Source: a virus
Lineage: Duplodnaviria; Caudoviricetes
DNA length: 64,000 nucleotides
Direction: 5' to 3' (one strand)
IMG/VR virus record: IMGVR_UViG_3300011008_000999
Shown here: positions 1 through 9,708 of the stretch, piece after piece
Layout of the letters: each line of letters starts with the position of its first letter
Position numbering within the stretch: position 1 is the first letter of the stretch
Translations under genes and position numbers: made by a program
The notes under the pieces: generated by a model
Told to the model about the DNA's origin: nothing
Seen by the model: the letters and a program-made list of their open reading frames with translations, nothing else
The model's database searches: none

Positions 1-96
1 TTCTTTTTCTCTATCTTTAATATGACAGTCATCGTCAATATATTCTTCTCTAATTATTATTTTACTTGGTTTCACTGGTGGCAATTTTATGTCCAT
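1..96 (-). CDS. hypothetical protein, runs off the window edge
   Basis: ATG at 96 with GGAGG RBS at 101-105; frame open to position 1. Confidence 0.5.
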   Translation of the reverse strand, partial: MDIKLPPVKPSKIIIREEYIDDDCHIKDREKE

Positions 97-125
97 ACTA
101 CCTCCTATATATTATTTCCTAATAG

Positions 126-150
126 AAAAGACGCCTTTAAGGCGTCTATT
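126..150 (-). terminator. intrinsic terminator
   Basis: AGACGCCT-TAA-AGGCGTCT hairpin followed by TTT on the minus strand. Confidence 0.7.
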
Positions 151-177
151 CATATTTCTTATATTTTGAGTAAGAGA

Positions 178-471
178 CTATCTCCTACAACATTTCTCTT
201 TTCTAGGACCTCGTTTCTTATTAAGCTTTCTAATAGCTTTACTTTCAAGCTTATTTGGAATATGCTCTCGAGTATCTAATTCAGCTTTAATTACTTCGAC
301 ATTCTTATGAGCAACCTCTACACACCTTTGATACATTACACATTCATAATCACTACATGCACGATGATTTGCCCAACTACGATATACTTCTAATAAAACT
401 TTAGTTGGTACTATTTTTAATTCATCTTCAGTAATAGGTGTTATCTTAGATCCGCAAATATGATCTGACAT
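178..471 (-). CDS. hypothetical protein
   Basis: 97 aa ORF overlapping the upstream gene, basic C-terminus. Confidence 0.6.
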   Translation of the reverse strand: MSDHICGSKITPITEDELKIVPTKVLLEVYRSWANHRACSDYECVMYQRCVEVAHKNVEVIKAELDTREHIPNKLESKAIRKLNKKRGPRKEKCCRR

Positions 472-784
472 AGTATTCTCCTACAATAGTATTTTTAGTA
501 TCGTAATTTTTACCGTTCTTAATAACCTTTTTCATATACTGGATAATCTGATCAATATTATTAGCTCTAAGAATAGCCACTCGATCTTTAGCTAATCTAT
601 CTGCACTAATCTGATGTCCAGTATTTCTAGCTTTAACAATCTCAGTAATGCAAATATCCTGTGCTTTATGCAACTTATCTTCCATATCTAAAGAAGAATC
701 CTTTTTAATAGATTCTATATCAGGAAGCAATCTTTCAAATAACTCAGTCACGCTGTTCTCAACTTCAGATAAATCTTTTTTCAT
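446..784 (-). CDS. hypothetical protein
   Basis: 112 aa ORF, AAGGAG RBS. Confidence 0.65.
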   Translation of the reverse strand: MKKDLSEVENSVTELFERLLPDIESIKKDSSLDMEDKLHKAQDICITEIVKARNTGHQISADRLAKDRVAILRANNIDQIIQYMKKVIKNGKNYDTKNTIVGEYYVRSYLRI

Positions 785-988
785 TATATATCTCCTTACT
801 GAATAGACATATCTAAATTATTCACGAAATCTTCAAACTCTTTCGCTTTCTTTTTCTTCAGAATCTACATATTTGTTAATATACTTTTCTACAATATTTT
901 CAAGTTTACTTATAGAAATTCTAACTGCATTTCTACCACCGACTCTAAGTTTTGCATCATCGTTGATAAATCTATTCATAAATTCTCC

Positions 989-1828
989 TTAGATTAATTT
1001 CATAAAATCTTCTTCAGTAATTACTGGAATACCAAGATCTTTAGCTTTTTTAGATTTGCCGGAAGTAGAGGTCTTATCATTACAAATGAGATATGTAAGA
1101 TTCTTACCAACAGAAGCAATTTTACCACCATTAGCTTCAATAATCTTAACCATATCTTCTCTCTTCATTGAAAGAGAACCGGTAATACAAAAACTCATGT
1201 TATCGAGCTTACCGCCAACAACCTTCTGCTTAACTGTGATGTATTTCATAACGTCATTGATCTCAGTGTAATCGAATTCAGCAATAAACCTTGCAGTAGT
1301 AGCACCAATACCATTCATTGAAGTGAAATCAAACTTAGTATTAATTGCATTCATGAAATTTTCCCATGTCTCAAACTTATCTGCAAGAAGTGTAGAAGTC
1401 TGTTTCTCAACATTAGGAATACCAGCTGAAGCGATGATCTTCCAAAGTTCAAGTGAAGTAGGAATACCTTCAAGGATCTTATCTACAGAACCTTCTCCGT
1501 AACCTTTCATATGAATCCATTCATCTCTATGTTCCTTAAGAGTGAAGATATCACTCATCTGAGTAAGCCAACCAACTTTAATGAGATCTCTTACAGTTGC
1601 AGTGGACATAGATTCAATATCAAGTCCATGTGCACCAATGAAATGAAGAAGTTTTCCTTCGATCTTAGCACCGCAATTAGGATTCTGACACATAAGAACC
1701 TCAGTATTATATTTCTTCTCAATCTTTACATCACCACCACATCTAGGACAAGTAGTAGGAAGAAGAATTGGATTACCGTAAGCGGCCTCAAGTTTTTTAT
1801 CATTAACTTTCTTCAAAAGAGTGTTCAT
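989..1828 (-). CDS. ligA: NAD-dependent DNA ligase, C-terminal half (Zn finger, HhH, BRCT)
   Basis: CPRCG...CQNPNC zinc finger, HhH motifs (GYGEGS, GIG), BRCT FCITGSL...KAKDLGIPVITEEDF; own GGAGG RBS and promoter. Confidence 0.93.
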   Translation of the reverse strand: MNTLLKKVNDKKLEAAYGNPILLPTTCPRCGGDVKIEKKYNTEVLMCQNPNCGAKIEGKLLHFIGAHGLDIESMSTATVRDLIKVGWLTQMSDIFTLKEHRDEWIHMKGYGEGSVDKILEGIPTSLELWKIIASAGIPNVEKQTSTLLADKFETWENFMNAINTKFDFTSMNGIGATTARFIAEFDYTEINDVMKYITVKQKVVGGKLDNMSFCITGSLSMKREDMVKIIEANGGKIASVGKNLTYLICNDKTSTSGKSKKAKDLGIPVITEEDFMKLI

Positions 1829-1860
1829 TGGTTGACCTCCATAATTTTTATTATGTAATA

Positions 1861-1894
1861 ATTATAACACAGGTAGAATCATTTGTAAATAGTT
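1861..1894 (-). promoter_or_regulatory. conserved sigmaA-like promoter AACTATTTACA-N17-TATAAT
   Basis: TTTACA at 1884-1889, TATAAT at 1861-1866, 17 nt spacer, TG extension. Confidence 0.85.
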
Positions 1895-1895
1895 T

Positions 1896-3440
1896 TTAGT
1901 TTAAACTATTCACCAAAATATCAGTAATTCGATCATACAACTTCTTATTTTCTAAATGATTCTTAACATAAGTATCACTTGAAAGATGCTTTTTACAACA
2001 TTCTTTGATAATCAGCTCATCATCAAAAATCTCATTAAGTGTTTCAACTTTAAGATCTTTCTGATCATCACTATTAGGAAGTCTACGAATACGACCAAGT
2101 GTACGAATTATAAAGTTTTCAATTTCATTTGCAATATTACGATCATATTTATGATCTCCAGATGACACCAGAGGTAACTCATTAAGGATAATATATAAAT
2201 CATTAATGGTATGTTTATGACGTCTCAGTGAGTCAGTTATGGACATCTGGGTATCACCTAAGTTATATTTATAGTAGTCACCATCAAAATCATAAGTATA
2301 AAATACAGCAAGAATATCTGAATAGTATCTAATATTTGAATAGTGCTTATATGCAATTTCAGGAATTTCAAATCCATATCTTGTTTTAAGGGCAAACAAG
2401 TAACCTCTATCATGGAATGCTATGTCTCTATTTTTAGCAGTATATTTCCATAAGTTTGCTGCATATAAGAGTGATAAGAATCCAATATCATCAAGATCAG
2501 TGAATACTCTTATAGGTGCAGTATAATCAAGAAGAGTCTGGTTAGCAATATAGAGCAGTCTCTTATATCCATCAATAAGTTCTACTCTACCAGTCTTAGT
2601 ATTCATATTGATTGTGATAGGCTGTGCTTCAAGATTCTGGAAATATGCTAAAGTTCCCATTTTATTGTTAGCATAAATGATAGCATCAATAGCGTTGTTA
2701 AATGCAGATTCAGCTTCTTCTTTTGCTAAATGTCTATACATAGTATCTACACAAACGGTAAATACATTTTTTACATGATTAACATAAGAATTGACTTTTA
2801 TAGATATAGAATCTAATCCACCATAAATATGACTATAAGGTGAATTAACTGCAACATATATATTATTAAAGTCAATATTATTTACTTCATTCAGTTCAAT
2901 ATCTCTAGGAAGTACTTTATATTTGTAATTTGCAATTGTATATTCAGGATAATGCTCAGCTAACCAGTTATTAACAAATGTTTGTACCGCTTCAGTAACA
3001 GCGTCTTGAATACTACGATCATACTGTAAAGTATGAATTAAATGAAATTTAGCATTACTAAGTGCTACCTCACGTTCAGGTCTAATACCAAGTTTCTTAG
3101 AATCATATTCACCATCGTTTATCTTCTCAACTGTGACTGTAGAATCAATATCAGTCATTTTTTTAAATAATTCGTTGAATAGATTATCATACAGTTTTTG
3201 TGCTAAAGCAGTAGCATCAGTTTCTGCATATTTAAGTAAAGCTGCATGAATTTCAGCAATTACTTTATCATCATCTTTACCAGGCTTAATATCATATTCA
3301 GGCTTGATATTCGATCTTGTATGAAAACCTTTAAGAATGTCAAGAGGAGTTAGCTGATTCTCTTCAATAATTCTATTTCTAAGATCAGCTAACTTCATCT
3401 CTTTATATTCATAATTGGCATTTGCTAATAAACTAAACAT
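1896..3440 (-). CDS. hypothetical protein with a ParB/Srx-like motif
   Basis: 514 aa; PITIN...VELIDGYKRL resembles the ParB N-domain DGxxR motif. Confidence 0.5.
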   Translation of the reverse strand: MFSLLANANYEYKEMKLADLRNRIIEENQLTPLDILKGFHTRSNIKPEYDIKPGKDDDKVIAEIHAALLKYAETDATALAQKLYDNLFNELFKKMTDIDSTVTVEKINDGEYDSKKLGIRPEREVALSNAKFHLIHTLQYDRSIQDAVTEAVQTFVNNWLAEHYPEYTIANYKYKVLPRDIELNEVNNIDFNNIYVAVNSPYSHIYGGLDSISIKVNSYVNHVKNVFTVCVDTMYRHLAKEEAESAFNNAIDAIIYANNKMGTLAYFQNLEAQPITINMNTKTGRVELIDGYKRLLYIANQTLLDYTAPIRVFTDLDDIGFLSLLYAANLWKYTAKNRDIAFHDRGYLFALKTRYGFEIPEIAYKHYSNIRYYSDILAVFYTYDFDGDYYKYNLGDTQMSITDSLRRHKHTINDLYIILNELPLVSSGDHKYDRNIANEIENFIIRTLGRIRRLPNSDDQKDLKVETLNEIFDDELIIKECCKKHLSSDTYVKNHLENKKLYDRITDILVNSLN

Positions 3441-3465
3441 ATAGTTACCTCCATATTATATTGTA

Positions 3466-3499
3466 ATTATAACATGGAAATAGGATAATGTAAATAGTT
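3466..3499 (-). promoter_or_regulatory. conserved sigmaA-like promoter
   Basis: AACTATTTACA-N17-TATAAT. Confidence 0.85.
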
Positions 3500-3506
3500 T
3501 TTATTA

Positions 3507-4577
3507 CTAAAATTCAACTAATTCGTCATTAAAGTATAATTCAAAATCATTTTGGAATATTACTTCATCGCCAGTAGGATTATCAATACTGTAACTACAT
3601 ATTACTACAAATGCATCTGAATGATAGTCAGTATATAATGAACTAGTCATAGTTAAAATATTTTCAATATCTCCTATATAGTTACACTTAAACTTTTTAT
3701 CACCATCAATTCCTAAAGTATCTTTTAATAGTGTAGTCGATCCATCTAAAGTATAGATTGCATAAGTAATTTGTCCTGTAGCAGTATTGTTTTCAGGATC
3801 TATTCCAAATGAAGATACAGTTGTCCATACCTTATACTGTTTACCATCAATAGTCACTTCAGTTGCATGCTCACGTTCAAATTCATCGTCATCAAGAGAG
3901 AATCCAATCATATTTGAAGAGTCAGTCTTTTGAATTGAACCATCTGGAACAAATGTACCAGCATAAAATTCTTGTAGTTGCTCTTCAGATCCAACAATCT
4001 GAGTCATAAGTAATTGTAATCCAATAATTCCATCTCTAGCAGTATCGCTAAGTTCAATTACTTGTCCTTCTTCATCTAAAACTACATCTTCAATGTCACT
4101 GATTTCCCAGCCAGACTGTAACATAGAATTAAGACTATCTATATTAAGTTTATCTAATGATTCAATAAATTTTTCAGGACTTGCACTTTCAAGTTGTGCA
4201 AAAGTAGTTTCATATGAATTAGATTTTAGTGCAGCATATTTAAGTCCTAAATATACTGAAGAAAGTGGTGCTGAGCCGTACTTATAGTTTTCATAGTCTT
4301 TAGGTGCAGATAAAGTACCTACATATGAAAAAGGTTCTTTTTCTTCTACAGGTTCCTCTATTACTTCTTCATTATTTTCTTCCTCAGTATTATCTGTAGG
4401 CACAGGTTCTTCTTCCTTTGCTTGAGGACCATTAACTGCATAATTGTGTTCAGTAGTAACTTCAGATTCAGGTTCTTCTGTAACTGGATTTACAAAGTCA
4501 TGAATAGCTCCACTACATCCAGTAAGCATACTTATTGTAAGTATACTGCATATTCCTATTAAAAGTTTCCTTTTCAT
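3507..4577 (-). CDS. putative lipoprotein, acidic linker
   Basis: MKRKLLIG...MLTGC lipobox; start placed at 4577 (GAGG RBS, overlaps upstream stop). Confidence 0.75.
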   Translation of the reverse strand: MKRKLLIGICSILTISMLTGCSGAIHDFVNPVTEEPESEVTTEHNYAVNGPQAKEEEPVPTDNTEEENNEEVIEEPVEEKEPFSYVGTLSAPKDYENYKYGSAPLSSVYLGLKYAALKSNSYETTFAQLESASPEKFIESLDKLNIDSLNSMLQSGWEISDIEDVVLDEEGQVIELSDTARDGIIGLQLLMTQIVGSEEQLQEFYAGTFVPDGSIQKTDSSNMIGFSLDDDEFEREHATEVTIDGKQYKVWTTVSSFGIDPENNTATGQITYAIYTLDGSTTLLKDTLGIDGDKKFKCNYIGDIENILTMTSSLYTDYHSDAFVVICSYSIDNPTGDEVIFQNDFELYFNDELVEF

Positions 4578-5197
4578 GATTTTACCTCTCCACATTTTAT
4601 TGTCATATTTTTATCTACATTATGTGTTACATAATAGTCAATAATATGTTTAGGAAAACCTTTGTTAGTAGAAAAGATCAATTCATAAGTTTGGTCTTTT
4701 TTATAGCCTAATTCCTTCATATCTGCAGCAATTCGTTTAAGTACTTCAATATAAAGCGGAAAACGTTCTTCTACATTTGCAGATACAATCTTATTCCAGT
4801 CTTCCTTAGTTGATTGTTCTATATAATTATCGTTAAGTTTGGTTATAAGTATTTTAGGACCACCTTTGAAATAACCAAACAAGTCGTTATTTTCATTATT
4901 CAGTTTTGCAATTTTAGCATGCAAGATTAAATGCTCAATACGGTTACAGTACACTAATCTATCTGCTTTTTGACATTCAGGGTACTGTCTTTCCGCGCCT
5001 CTATTACTAAGTCCGGCAATGTGATCTTCATCTATATGATGACATTCTAAACCTTCTTTTGTTCTAGAAGCCATGATCCTACCATTAACGAAATAATCAC
5101 TAGTGGCAGGTCCGTACTTCTTCAATAGTACCTGAACATATTCGTCATAACTCATATTCCAAACTTTGTTCAGTAACATAATTTTTTTATTCCTCAT
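4574..5197 (-). CDS. HNH-family endonuclease-like protein
   Basis: ECHHIDED...LVYCNRIEHLILH. Confidence 0.65.
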   Translation of the reverse strand: MRNKKIMLLNKVWNMSYDEYVQVLLKKYGPATSDYFVNGRIMASRTKEGLECHHIDEDHIAGLSNRGAERQYPECQKADRLVYCNRIEHLILHAKIAKLNNENNDLFGYFKGGPKILITKLNDNYIEQSTKEDWNKIVSANVEERFPLYIEVLKRIAADMKELGYKKDQTYELIFSTNKGFPKHIIDYYVTHNVDKNMTIKCGEVKS

Positions 5198-5263
5198 AGT
5201 AGCTACTAAATAATTGATTCTTGTGTTTCATTAATGATTGGATTTATTTTTCTCTCCTTTTAT

Positions 5264-5647
5264 TTAGCATGCACAAAGTTTGTTATACTTAAGCATGAAA
5301 ATACCTACTCCATCTTTACTAATCTTGACTACATTATTATCTTTTATGTAAAACTTGTCAATATTAGTGTCACTGTTAAATGTATAAATGTTAAACTCGC
5401 CTTCGGTACATTTATCATAAGGAGTATCTTCCATTACAAACAAAAGCTCAGATAAATTTACATAGTCATAATCATCATCTACATTATTGTTATATAGTAG
5501 AAATAATCTATCTAGTATATCAAATTTTCTTTCTAGTATTTTTCTTTTATATTCTACATAAGAACATATTAACAAAACTGTTATTATTAAAACAATAAAT
5601 ATTACGCATGATAAAATATTCATGTTGTCATTCCTTTCCATAAACAT
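5264..5647 (-). CDS. membrane-anchored hypothetical protein
   Basis: N-terminal hydrophobic helix. Confidence 0.55.
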   Translation of the reverse strand: MFMERNDNMNILSCVIFIVLIITVLLICSYVEYKRKILERKFDILDRLFLLYNNNVDDDYDYVNLSELLFVMEDTPYDKCTEGEFNIYTFNSDTNIDKFYIKDNNVVKISKDGVGIFMLKYNKLCAC

Positions 5648-5682
5648 AAATAAAGGCTGTAACCTTTGATTAGGCTACAGCC
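5648..5682 (-). terminator. intrinsic terminator-like hairpin
   Basis: GGCTGTAGCC/GGTTACAGCC stem followed by TTTATTT. Confidence 0.65.
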
Positions 5683-5701
5683 GTATTATTATTAAATAGC
5701 T

Positions 5702-6247
5702 CTATAATGGCTTATCACTAAATCTAAACGTCTTATACTCTGCCTTAGCGACCATTTTAGAAGTACTATATAGTATTGGTACAGCAAATTCGTCATATCC
5801 AAGTCTAGGATTATATGTCTTACCTAAGTCATATAACTGTTCTCCAGTTAGTTCTGGAATATCCTGGAATGACGACCTGTAAATAGAACTATACGCATTT
5901 GTAATATTATATTCAATAGATGGAATTACATCTGGGAGATTAATAAAGCACCATTTATGTTCTATAAAATCAATATCATGATCGTATTTAATACACCAAT
6001 AATTTCCAACTTCGCTCAAAATACAAAAAGCTTTTCCGGCTTCTACAATAAACATAGTTTTAGAATTATTATTAGGTAGTTCTTTTGCATTTTGACTACA
6101 AGTCGACCATCCAGTGGTACCAACTATACTTTTTTCAAAATAGTTTTCGTCATTAGCTGCATACACTTTGAAACTAAACAGTAAACTAATAATACCTACC
6201 ATGATTATAACAATAATCACAGTAGATATGATTTTCTTAATTTTCAT
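5702..6247 (-). pseudogene. secreted protein, probably a C-terminally truncated M15 (D-Ala-D-Ala dipeptidase-like) precursor
   Basis: signal peptide, SH3-like segment and INLPDVIPSI...YNPRLG segment that I recall preceding the M15 catalytic domain in clostridial proteins; ORF stops before any Zn motif. Confidence 0.4.
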
Positions 6248-6273
6248 AATTTCCTCACTTTGTATAGCTTGTA

Positions 6274-6765
6274 TTACGATTCACTTTCGTAATTATGTCT
6301 ACGCAAAAACTTGACTAAATCATCAAGCATATCGTCTGCTTTTTGAATATCCTCTTTAGTAACATAAAGTTCTTTATATCTACCTAAAGCAGACCATCTA
6401 CATAACATAACAGAATAACCTGTCTGTAGATCTGTTAATGTACCAGAAATTTCACGTAATTCTGGATTCTTTTCAGATAAAGACTCAAGAATTTTGGCAT
6501 TATTTGCTACAAAATGTCCTTCTCTAAAATTCTCATAATAGTATTTTATTAGACCTTTTAATGATAATTCTATAGATTGTGCTAACATATAACAAGCCCA
6601 GTTAATGTCAGCTGCTTCAGCTTTATTACAATAAATAGTGTCTAATAAAGGCTCGGTAATGTTCCGAGCCTTGCAAGCATTTTGTATAAGCATTCTGCCT
6701 TCGTTTCGTAAGTCTTCATCACTTCTTTTAGGTGGTGGTCCACCTCTATGATGTGGCTTACCCAT
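6274..6765 (-). CDS. HEPN-domain protein
   Basis: ACYMLAQSIELSLKG...GH...GRY pattern of the HEPN family. Confidence 0.7.
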   Translation of the reverse strand: MGKPHHRGGPPPKRSDEDLRNEGRMLIQNACKARNITEPLLDTIYCNKAEAADINWACYMLAQSIELSLKGLIKYYYENFREGHFVANNAKILESLSEKNPELREISGTLTDLQTGYSVMLCRWSALGRYKELYVTKEDIQKADDMLDDLVKFLRRHNYESES

Positions 6766-7069
6766 AGATAATGTCTCCTTTGTTGACTATATTCATAATG
6801 TTACTTGAGTTATGCTGGCAGTTAATAATAACAAGATCGAATTTACCATCAGTAATATCATCTACCTTACAGAAAAGATCAAGTAGAGCATTATCATCAT
6901 CTGCGTCTTTAGGATTAGTCATTTGAACAGCTATCTCTAAATAATCATCTGCTGTAGTTTCTTCTGTAATGCTTTTACCGAATACGATCAATTTATTATA
7001 TCTGTCAGGATGCTTTTCGATGTAATCTTTAATTGCATCTACCTGAGGTTGTTTAATAGGATTTACCAT
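6758..7069 (-). CDS. minimal nucleotidyltransferase (MNT)-like protein
   Basis: LIVFGKS...DDYLEIAV...FDLV; 103 aa, overlaps the HEPN gene. Confidence 0.6.
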   Translation of the reverse strand: MVNPIKQPQVDAIKDYIEKHPDRYNKLIVFGKSITEETTADDYLEIAVQMTNPKDADDDNALLDLFCKVDDITDGKFDLVIINCQHNSSNIMNIVNKGDIIYG

Positions 7070-7072
7070 GCA

Positions 7073-7252
7073 TTACTCCTTATCTACGGCAGTAATATCA
7101 ATCTTAATCATCTGACCGTCTTCGTAACTAATTTCTTTAAGACCTTCTTTCTGAACATATACAGGTCCAATAAGAACTTTACCGTCTACAGGAACTTCCT
7201 GAAATCTAACAGTATTTTTAGTTTCTTTGTCGAACTCGAATAGTCTTTCCAT
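7073..7252 (-). CDS. small hypothetical protein (59 aa)
   Basis: manually translated MERLFEFDKETKNTVRFQE...; AAGGAG RBS; absent from the ORF track. Confidence 0.7.
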   Translation of the reverse strand: MERLFEFDKETKNTVRFQEVPVDGKVLIGPVYVQKEGLKEISYEDGQMIKIDITAVDKE

Positions 7253-7263
7253 ATTTGTCTCCT

Positions 7264-7845
7264 TTACTGATCTAGTAATCTGTTATCAACATTAGGTAAT
7301 ACTCCACCGCAATTTTTACAACTTGTATATTTAGGTGGATTCATAGTACCACAGTATGGACACTGAACTGGTTTATACTTTAATTTTAATGTATTAAGTT
7401 CAGTTTCTTTATTTTCTTCTATTTTATTTTGTGCATTAATTGCCTTATCTGCAATTCTTTCATCATGATGTTTTACTACACCAACAATAACACGTATAAT
7501 TATGACTGGTAGAATCAGCATAATAAATCCTAAGATGCTAACTACAACTATCCACCAAAGGATATATCCATCTTTTTCTACATTAAATTCTGGTTGTTGT
7601 GCAATTCCGCTAACTGCACATAATGCTCCATATCCTATAAACATGACTGGTAGAAGCCATCCAAAAATTCTAGACCAAATATTACGTGGTGCACCTCTTT
7701 TTCGTCTGACTTCAGTTCTGCCTATAGTACTATCATAGTATTTTTCAGTGTATTTGTTATGATGAACAATTAAACTTATGATAAGTGCAATAATATCAGC
7801 TAAAATAATATAGCCAAAAATATTTGTAATTAAATCAAAGTTCAT
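7264..7845 (-). CDS. membrane protein with C-terminal zinc ribbon
   Basis: three hydrophobic helices; CPYCG...CKNCG. Confidence 0.7.
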   Translation of the reverse strand: MNFDLITNIFGYIILADIIALIISLIVHHNKYTEKYYDSTIGRTEVRRKRGAPRNIWSRIFGWLLPVMFIGYGALCAVSGIAQQPEFNVEKDGYILWWIVVVSILGFIMLILPVIIIRVIVGVVKHHDERIADKAINAQNKIEENKETELNTLKLKYKPVQCPYCGTMNPPKYTSCKNCGGVLPNVDNRLLDQ

Positions 7846-7850
7846 TTTGT

Positions 7851-8789
7851 TTATCCTTCATAATTTGAAATAAATTCGATTATAGGTGTATCGATATACT
7901 TAGCGAGAAATCCTTCATTCTCAAATACAAGATCAGACTGTCTAATCTCTTCGTTCTGAAGCTTTCTCATGACAAGCAGAAGATCCTGATTATTGAAACA
8001 CTTAAAATCGTAAGAACCATCAAACAATTCCTTAATATATCCAATAATCTTGTTATTCTTCTTAACTGCACTAAGTGTAAATTGCTCAACTCTGATAGGA
8101 ACTTCTACTGTAGGAAGTACTTCTTCAATATGAGCAAGGATCACAAGAGGATTCTTATTTACGTCAATAACGATCTCATCATTACTGAAGAATACTACAC
8201 TTTCAACATCAATTCCAGCAGCAAGCAGTTTAGTAAGAATAGTATCAGTGATATGTTTCTCGTATGTGATAACTCTAGAAGGATTGCAGTTACCCATAAT
8301 AACTTCTCTGATGTACTTACTGCTAACGATATACTCACTATCAGTAAACTTACGTATGAAATCCTCCCACGTCTCAGCATTACCAAAGATAGTTGGATCA
8401 TAAGCCTTAAGTGAGCTGAAGTTTGCCTTCTTCATATCAAGACTGATAAAAGACTTACCAATATTATTAGGCTTATAAATATCCTTAGATGGAAGATTCT
8501 TATTCTTAACTGCAAACAGATTCATGTCAAGTGCATTAAATTTATTGAAACCTTCACTTGACTTAATAAAGTCCATTGCTGCTTCCTTAGTAGACTCATA
8601 CATATCAAAGTATTCCTTTTCATTAGGAAACTTTTCTACTCCATTACAGAAAGCTAGCCATTTAGATTTGGTACCATAGAATTTATCAAGCAGTTCAAGA
8701 CGCTCAGTAAAATAAGGTTCTGCATAAAGTCTTATCGGAATCTTACAATCTCTAACAAATCTTTCTTTAAGTTTATCAGTCATTTTCAT
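7851..8789 (-). CDS. hypothetical protein with polymerase-palm-like motifs
   Basis: FISLDMKKANF / SKYIREVIMG / FSNDEIV. Confidence 0.5.
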   Translation of the reverse strand: MKMTDKLKERFVRDCKIPIRLYAEPYFTERLELLDKFYGTKSKWLAFCNGVEKFPNEKEYFDMYESTKEAAMDFIKSSEGFNKFNALDMNLFAVKNKNLPSKDIYKPNNIGKSFISLDMKKANFSSLKAYDPTIFGNAETWEDFIRKFTDSEYIVSSKYIREVIMGNCNPSRVITYEKHITDTILTKLLAAGIDVESVVFFSNDEIVIDVNKNPLVILAHIEEVLPTVEVPIRVEQFTLSAVKKNNKIIGYIKELFDGSYDFKCFNNQDLLLVMRKLQNEEIRQSDLVFENEGFLAKYIDTPIIEFISNYEG

Positions 8790-8826
8790 ATTTATCTACC
8801 TCCATAGAGTTTTTTAGATTATATTT

Positions 8827-8860
8827 AATATAACACAGATTTATTAGTTTGTAAATAGTT
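8827..8860 (-). promoter_or_regulatory. conserved sigmaA-like promoter
   Basis: AACTATTTACA-N17-TATATT. Confidence 0.8.
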
Positions 8861-8870
8861 TCTAAACATA

Positions 8871-8906
8871 GTTTAAGCCAGACCTATAAAAGCATCTGGC
8901 TTAAAC
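8871..8906. terminator. 12-bp perfect hairpin, probable terminator
   Basis: GTTTAAGCCAGA ... TCTGGCTTAAAC. Confidence 0.6.
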
Positions 8907-8941
8907 ATTTATGGAGGTATTTTAAATGAAAGATGGTAAGC

Positions 8942-9358
8942 TTAGTTATATTCCTGAAGTTTGTATCGTTTTCCAAACCAACCTTCAGTAAATGGAGATT
9001 TTTTAATATCAGCTATAAAAGCTTTAATCTCCTCATCTGTAGCATAAATATATATATCACCATATTCATGCCACGAAATATCTTCATCTTCTTCAAGATC
9101 ATCTGTGTATCTATCTTGCCATTCTTCTAAAATATAGAGCATACCGCCTGTATCTAAGAAGAAGTTATACATATCACATTCTTCTTGAGTATTAACGTCT
9201 TTAGCTACTAAATGAAGTGATCTACCTAAACCATCTATTTGACATTTAACCATATCATCATAGCTAAGATTATAATATCTATTAAATAGATCATCTTCTG
9301 TAGCATTAGGTGTATTAAAATAAATTCTAAGTTTTTCTATTTCATTTATCATAAGCAT
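8942..9358 (-). CDS. hypothetical protein
   Basis: 138 aa acidic ORF in operon. Confidence 0.6.
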   Translation of the reverse strand: MLMINEIEKLRIYFNTPNATEDDLFNRYYNLSYDDMVKCQIDGLGRSLHLVAKDVNTQEECDMYNFFLDTGGMLYILEEWQDRYTDDLEEDEDISWHEYGDIYIYATDEEIKAFIADIKKSPFTEGWFGKRYKLQEYN

Positions 9359-9708
9359 TCTCCGCAGCAGCCATAATCAACATTTTCATTCATAAGATCA
9401 AGACAATCTAATACAACTTGATGTGGATCGTCAACAATATCAGTTAGTGCTTTATATACATCGTCAACATGATATTTATTGAGTACCCAAGGTAATGTTT
9501 GTACATCACCAGTATCTGTATTATAGTAACCACCGGAAGACCAAAATCTAGGAAAATCACAACTATTCTTAGAACCAAATTTCCAAGTGTTACCATCTAT
9601 CATTACAGTAAGAGTACCATCACAGTACATCAAACCTTCTTCGTATTTTATGAATTGAATATTCATCTCTTTTCTGCCTTTGCAATCTGAGGAATTATCA
9701 TATTTCAT
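9349..9708 (-). CDS. hypothetical phage protein (C-terminal GCCGEC)
   Basis: FWSSGG...NENVDYGCCGECL. Confidence 0.6.
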   Translation of the reverse strand: MKYDNSSDCKGRKEMNIQFIKYEEGLMYCDGTLTVMIDGNTWKFGSKNSCDFPRFWSSGGYYNTDTGDVQTLPWVLNKYHVDDVYKALTDIVDDPHQVVLDCLDLMNENVDYGCCGECL

